A stretch of DNA of 57,192 bases, the filler included, from Jimgerdemannia flammicorona (lineage: Eukaryota): assembly GCA_003990765.1 (NCBI GenBank). It is 3 parts of 3 records of this genome, joined end to end, with 100 filler letters (N's around TTAATTAATTAA, not from the genome) between each part and the next. Parts side by side here need not be neighbours in the genome. Positions count along the whole stretch, not along the records: positions 38,199 to 57,192 come from RBNJ01002055.1; 2 more parts are not named here. The stretch is one strand, 5' to 3'. Position numbers and translations under genes: made by a program. The notes beneath the pieces are model-generated. The model was not told where the DNA came from, did not search any database, and was given only the letters and a program-made list of their open reading frames with translations. Shown piece after piece: positions 51,618 through 57,192 of the stretch; the first letter of the stretch is position 1; every line of letters begins with the position of its first letter.

Positions 51618-53015
51618 TTCAACAGAAGCAGTAAGCTGAGAAGTGGTAAGCTGAAGATCAGTGAGCTGGAGGATAGCTAGATAGAGAGCAGTGAGCTTAT
51701 CTAGAACAGAGAAACAGTAAGCTGAGAAGTATTAAGCTAGAGGTCAGGATCAGAAAGCTGAGAGGACCTTATAAATACTTATTGATCAGATAGCCATGTC
51801 TATATATTTTCATAGCAAAGTGAAGGGTGAATGAAGGATGAGAGATGAAACAAATGAGAGGTGAAACAAGAATAAATAGTAGAAAATAAACATTAGTAAA
51901 GCTTTTGATATATTAAATACTACTATTGCAATAATATCTTTAAAGACAGAATCAATATGCAAACTCTATATTTTTACTTATATTTATCAGTACCCTTCAA
52001 AAAGTTGTGTTTTAGATGTGAAGTCTATATATTTGTGTAGTAACCAATACTTGGTAGAAGAAGAGTGGTCTGCTTGAGGTGCTGGTGGAGAGGTGGGGTT
52101 TAGGAAGAGGAGATAATTGAGTCGGTAGGAACGTCGTCGTTGAGGTCGTAACGGGCAAGTTGTATAGCCAAGGCAGATGACAACAAACCGCGCCAGGAAC
52201 AAGTTCCACTGCTGGTTGAAAATGCACAATAGCATCGATATCCAGTTGTCAGGACTATTTTTCAATATGCATTGTAAGTGTGAGCATATCACCAAGTTGA
52301 CTATGTGAAGGTTCATCCACGCTGCATTTACATTCTTATCGTTTGCAAAGCTAAGTCCTTTCCCATTTCAAGAAAGATTTGCGATACTTTTGAAATGGTG
52401 AAGCATGTGCGGCGGCAGAGAGGCAGTCGAATAATGTTTGACCATCGTTCCGTTCAATCTAGATTTTATTTAGGACACCAAACCATGCTGCGATTAAATA
52501 TGTGAGGTGCAATAATCTTTTATGGTTCTACGCATGGGCTATCGAAACAAAAGGATAGTTAAGCTAGTAAATTTAGCGGCACTACGACATACTAATTGAA
52601 CCGTCGCCCATTGGGATGACAACATGCTAATTCCGAATCGGTCTTAATCATACATATATGTAATGCAACATTCAGTTAGAGATCTTTCGTCGCCGTTGGA
52701 TTCAACCTGACAACATTGCGACAAGGATATCGCACCTTGGGGATGTCAGGTTACTGTTTCGTCAAGTATATACCAAGTTTGGCAATCCATGACTTAGCCA
52801 GTAACTTGCCGTTTGAGCAGTCTGAATACGATCCATTTTGTGCAGATATGTAAATTTAACTTGTCAGTTCTCGCATAAAGGTTGTGCAATCAAAAAGGAG
52901 AGCCGTCTATGTAAGTTCAAATGAAATACTTTTGACAAGTATAAAAGGGCCACAAGTTTGTACCCGAAGAAAGCCCTCTGTGACGATTTCACAAAAAGAA
53001 ACCTCATCTTCTTTC

Positions 53016-53369
53016 ATGTCTGATACCAAAGATTTCCCCTGCCCCGGCTGCAATGGATTATTCAGTAGCCAGTCAAATCTGAACCGCCACCAGCTTTATA
53101 GCTGCTCCGGAAACCCCAGATGTGACATGTGCAGTCGTAGAATACCTCGGGAGAAGTTGAACAAGCACCCTGAAGAATGCCCTTCGCGTCCAATGACCTG
53201 TTGGAGCTGCCACAGAATATTCACCGCCGAGTCAATTGTCCAGCACCTGTTGATTTGTGACCCACAAGCAAAATCCGGACCCTTTCCTTGCCCGTACTGC
53301 GAGTACGTGTACGAGGTCAAGGCAAGCCTGAAGTGGCATGTGAAAGATAAACATCCCAATCGCATTTAA
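53016..53369 (+). CDS. Small intronless zinc-finger protein (117 aa; three CxxC..H..C fingers and one C2H2)
   Basis: CPGC..H..C, CDMC..H..C, CWSC..H..C, CPYC..H..H; TATAAAAG at 52940-52947; CpG not depleted. Confidence 0.75.
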   Translation: MSDTKDFPCPGCNGLFSSQSNLNRHQLYSCSGNPRCDMCSRRIPREKLNKHPEECPSRPMTCWSCHRIFTAESIVQHLLICDPQAKSGPFPCPYCEYVYEVKASLKWHVKDKHPNRI

Positions 53370-54021
53370 ACAAAAGCAGACCCGACGCACTTCCCCGTGC
53401 CTGTAGAGATATCACATTTCTGCGCACATCTACTTCATCTGATTGCCCATTCATATCATTGTTACCCTCAAAGGTTATATTATGTGTCTTCGTTGCCCTC
53501 CTCAGCCAGAAATTTCTACAATGTCAAATTCCTGTAAAATATTCTTACCGCCTTTACTGTAAACCAAACACTACGATTTCTTTTCAAAATCGGAAACATA
53601 TCTTTTGTGAAAGTGACCAATTGTATGTAGTTCGTTTCTAAAAGAAACTTCTGTAGTAAAGGACACTCGTGAGACAGCTCACAGTCATATTTTTTCTGAC
53701 TGGGGGGAGGTCGCAAAAGTAATTCCATTCCTTTGATTTAGCATTGAAATATCACACATTCGCAAATGTACCTTGATAGGTGGATACCCAGATCATAGAA
53801 TAGGAAAATAGTATCAATCTTTTCAAGAAAAGGGGCATTTATTCGTGAGAAATCGCGCACAGAAGAACACATCCGAGGAGTGATTCTGATCATGTTTGTG
53901 TGCATGCATTAATGTCTGTTCTTGCTTCTCTCTCGACCATCATAACCTCATTAGTTAATTCTAATTACATCGCCGCCAATCACCGATCCTTCGCCATCTC
54001 TAAATTTCTCACGAAAGAGAA

Positions 54022-57000
54022 ATGAGCGACAGACTTAGTGCGGTATGACTCCAATAATGTCATATGCTGCTGGTTTCCACGGAGTTATTACATCGGCGCC
54101 GATACAAAGTGACTAATTTCTAAACGAAGCTCTTTACGTCTTGGGCTGCGGTAGGGATCGTACTTGGAGAGTAATAACGTGGCAGCGTGAGTCACTATCC
54201 TTTTTGGACTTAACCGGAAATTACCGCCAATCATCGTCGACTATCCCGAGAATATAACGCCGACTTTCTGGCAAGCAGAAAAAACAGCTCTTCGAAAATC
54301 ATGAACGAAAGCAGAAAACCAAACACAGAATACGGTTCCGCTAATCCGGAAGCGAGTAATTCCAAGAACGCCGACAAGAACGAGGCAAAGAGGTTCGCCA
54401 AGCTTGCAAAGTACCAGGCGAAGCTTGCAAAGGTGAGATACTAATACAGTTGGAGCTTATAGTGCCCTGTAATTGAAACAGATCTCTCTTATAAATGCTA
54501 CTACGTTCGCTGTTCTACATTGATAATAATTCACTAGGAGGCTTCTAAGACTGAAAACATCTCTAAGGAGAAAATAGAAAAGAAGTTCAAGGTCGAAAAG
54601 GCTTTGGGACTCGGATACGTGGACGCGACATCACTAGGTGAAAAAAAGGGTACGTGGCTTTGTACAATCACATAGCATATGTTGCCAACTTTAATGAAAT
54701 CACTGTACTCCATAATCATTAATTATCTCCCGATGTGCTCCTTAGATTTTTCTCAACCTATCGCCTCGGCCTACAATCCCCGCGCCGTCGAAGCAGCATG
54801 GGACGCGTGGTGGGAGGCGGAGGGTTTCTTCAAACCCCAGCTGGGCCCAGACGGCAAGCCCAAACCCGAAGGCGTATTTGTCGTCCCTGTTCCACCACCC
54901 AACATCACAGGATACCTGCACGTTGGTCACGCCCTAACAGTTGCCATCCAAGACGCGCTGACCCGTTGGTACGTGTGTTCCCGACACCTGTCCCCTGCTC
55001 AATATATCCACATCAAGATGCTTAGGAAGAAACTATTAAACTCATATGGACCATATTATATCTGGCAGGCATCGAATGCGGTGCAAAACCGTACTTTTTA
55101 ATCCTGGTACCGACCATGCTGGTATCTCATGCCAATCCGTAATTGAAAGACGGTTGTGGATCGAGAAGAAGCAGACACGGCATGATTTGGGCCGCGAGGC
55201 GTTCGTTGCCGAGATTTGGAAGTGGAAGGAGAAATACGCTCACGGGATTTATGAGCAGTTCAGGCGCCTTGGTACCTCGTTCGACTGGGATCGAGTTGCG
55301 TTCACAATGGATCCAGTGCGTTATAATTTCTTACATCTCCGGTATTCCCCCTACACTATTTGTTGTCTCATAGTCATTTTCAAATTCACCATTATTTTGA
55401 TAGAAACTGTCCAAAGCTGTCCGGGAGACCTTTGTCCGTCTTCACGACGAGGGCGTCATTTATCGTGCCAACCGCCTCGTGAACTGGTGTGTCCGACTCA
55501 ACACCGCGCTGTCGAATCTCGAGGTCGACAACCTGGAGCTTACAGGGCGTACGCTTTTGTCCGTACCTGGCTATAATGACGAGAAGTTTGAGTTTGGTGT
55601 CATTGTACAGTTTGCATATCAGGTGGAGGATTCTGGTGGGGTTCGATTTTGTTGTTTTTTTTTTTTTTTTTTTTGGAAATTTCTGCCAAAGCTATGTTCA
55701 TGAAGACGATAGGTTCAAAAGACGTTTGCTTAACTCGATATCTTTGTCATTTATTTTGAGTAGATGAAAAGATAGTTGTCGCGACAACCCGTGTGGAGAC
55801 CATGCTAGGAGATAGCGCCATTGCTGTCCATTCACAAGACGAACGGTATAAGGTGCATAATTAACCGACTATTTGTTGTTCCACCCATACCATCAAATTT
55901 GCTGACACCGGAAGCCCGTCCTTCCATTCCTGTAGAATTTGCACAACAAATATGTTATCCAGCCATTCAGTGGCCGACGCATCCCTATCATCATCGACGA
56001 TGTCCTCGTCGATCCGACATTCGGTACGGGCGCCGTCAAGATCACCCCAGCCCACGACTTCAACGACTACGAGGTCGGAAAGCGCCACAACCTTGAATTC
56101 ATTAATATTCTCAACGACGATGGCACCTTCAATGAGAACGCAGTACAATTTAAGGGATATCGACGGTTCCATGCGCGGAAGGCTGTTATTGAGGCGCTCA
56201 AAGAGAAGGGCCTATATCGATACAAAGGACAACATTATGACGGTACCGATTTGCAGGTAAGTGAAATTGTTTCAAAGAGGTTAACCGGCAGAAGGAGTGT
56301 TGAGAAAGTGTTACTAATGTCACTTTGTAAACGTTTGTGATAGCAAATCCGGTGACATTATCGAACCGCTGATGAAACCTCAGTGGTGGATAAACTGCAA
56401 GGATATGGCCAACGCCGCTATGGAGGTATGTTTTCGTCTCCAATCGCTCCTCCGAACAGCATGGGATATTTATACGTAACAACCAAGTCCCTCGTTATCG
56501 TCCATTCCGTAGGCTGTCACGGAAGGCAAGCTCAAGATTCAGCCCAAAACTTCGGAGCAAGAATGGTTTCGCTGGTTGGAAAACATTCAGGATTGGTGCG
56601 TCTCACGTCAGTTGTGGTGGGGTCATCGTGTGCCGGCGTATTTCGTCAGGCTAGAAGGCGTTGAAACCCAAGATGTAAGTAGCATGTTAATATGTTGGTT
56701 TCGGAAAACACGTTATATAATTTTCTGGGTTAGTTATTACAAGAACAAAATGAATTTCAAAGTCGACCGAAACGATGCCCATTAAGTACCAAGTTCATTT
56801 CGAAGATAGTGATTGAGAAGGCAAGGCGGTTTGGGAATAATGATGACCCTACTAAATTTCTCTCCATATTCCCAGTCTTCTGATAACCAGTACTGGGTCT
56901 CAGGCCAGGATGAGTCGATTGCCTTTGAGAGAGCGAAGGCCAAATTTCCTGGTCAAAAATTCACTTTGGAGCAAGGTATAGTTTTGGATTGGTTTTTGGG

Positions 57001-57121
57001 ATTTTTAATCTGCAGCAGAAAGGAAGCTTACAGACTTGCTGAATGTCTCAGATCCCGATGTCTTGGACACTTGGTTTTCCTCTGGCTTGTGGCCTTTCTC
57101 TATTTTGGGTGGCCCGAAGAA
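54022..57121 (+). CDS. VAS1: Valyl-tRNA synthetase, 5' part, intron-rich; runs off the window; two apparent frameshifts
   Basis: GT-AG exons: 54022-54042, 54155-54186, 54279-54432, 54538-54649, 54746-54968, 55069-55315, 55404-55635, 55764-55852, 55936-56256, 56344-56425, 56513-56674, 56876-56975, 57052-57121. Motifs [64 protein letters not shown]. The first two mini-exons are less certain. Confidence 0.93.
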
Positions 57122-57192
57122 GTGAGTGTGACTGAGGCTATTTGCTTTTTATGATAAATAAACTATACATTGTTGATGTAAACTTTTTTTTT

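Noticed and set aside
51625..51790. Short degenerate repeats (CAGTAAGCTGAGAAG) followed by TATAAATAC
   Set aside because: Probably an LTR U3 scrap, but there are no termini or second copy in the window to support a call.
51987..52316. 109-aa and 71-aa - strand ORFs in CpG-rich DNA
   Set aside because: No recognisable motif or consistent splice structure.
52884..53015. GTG-started N-terminal extension of the zinc-finger ORF
   Set aside because: Eukaryotic context; a TATA box lies inside it, so ATG 53016 is the likelier start.

Overview
Eukaryotic, most likely fungal, DNA; an early-diverging lineage such as Mucoromycota is my inference from the intron-rich ValRS gene and the CpG-depleted repeats. 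It consists of three contigs joined by artificial N/TTAATTAATTAA spacers (19004-19103, 38099-38198). About 90% is a nest of decaying transposons. (A) A + strand Ty3/gypsy element (263-17601) is interrupted in gag by (B) a near-complete - strand chromovirus with 2.1-kb LTRs (1881-12552). (C, D) Two - strand copies of an A-related family have ~1.6-kb LTRs (20348-29203; 38852-48315), and D carries a B-family solo LTR. (E) A further LTR relic is split by an L1/Tx1-like LINE. There are also LINE and chromovirus fragments and palindromic hAT-type MITEs. Host genes are a small WWE-like gene or pseudogene (~18.5-18.7 kb), a 4-finger zinc-finger gene and the 5' part of a valyl-tRNA synthetase with two apparent frameshifts. 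The most striking result is that distinct gypsy lineages here share an accessory toolkit I do not recognise. (1) An ORF family with the motif [YF][EQK][IL]GxxL...A[KR][KR]xxx[IL]F, followed in B, C/D and E by IP[NH][LF], sits inside the LTR U3 (B, C/D, E) or just before the 3' LTR (A). (2) A dUTPase paired with a small CPHG...CxxC module occurs in opposite order and at different positions in the two lineages. All translations and alignments were done by eye; no database searches were run.
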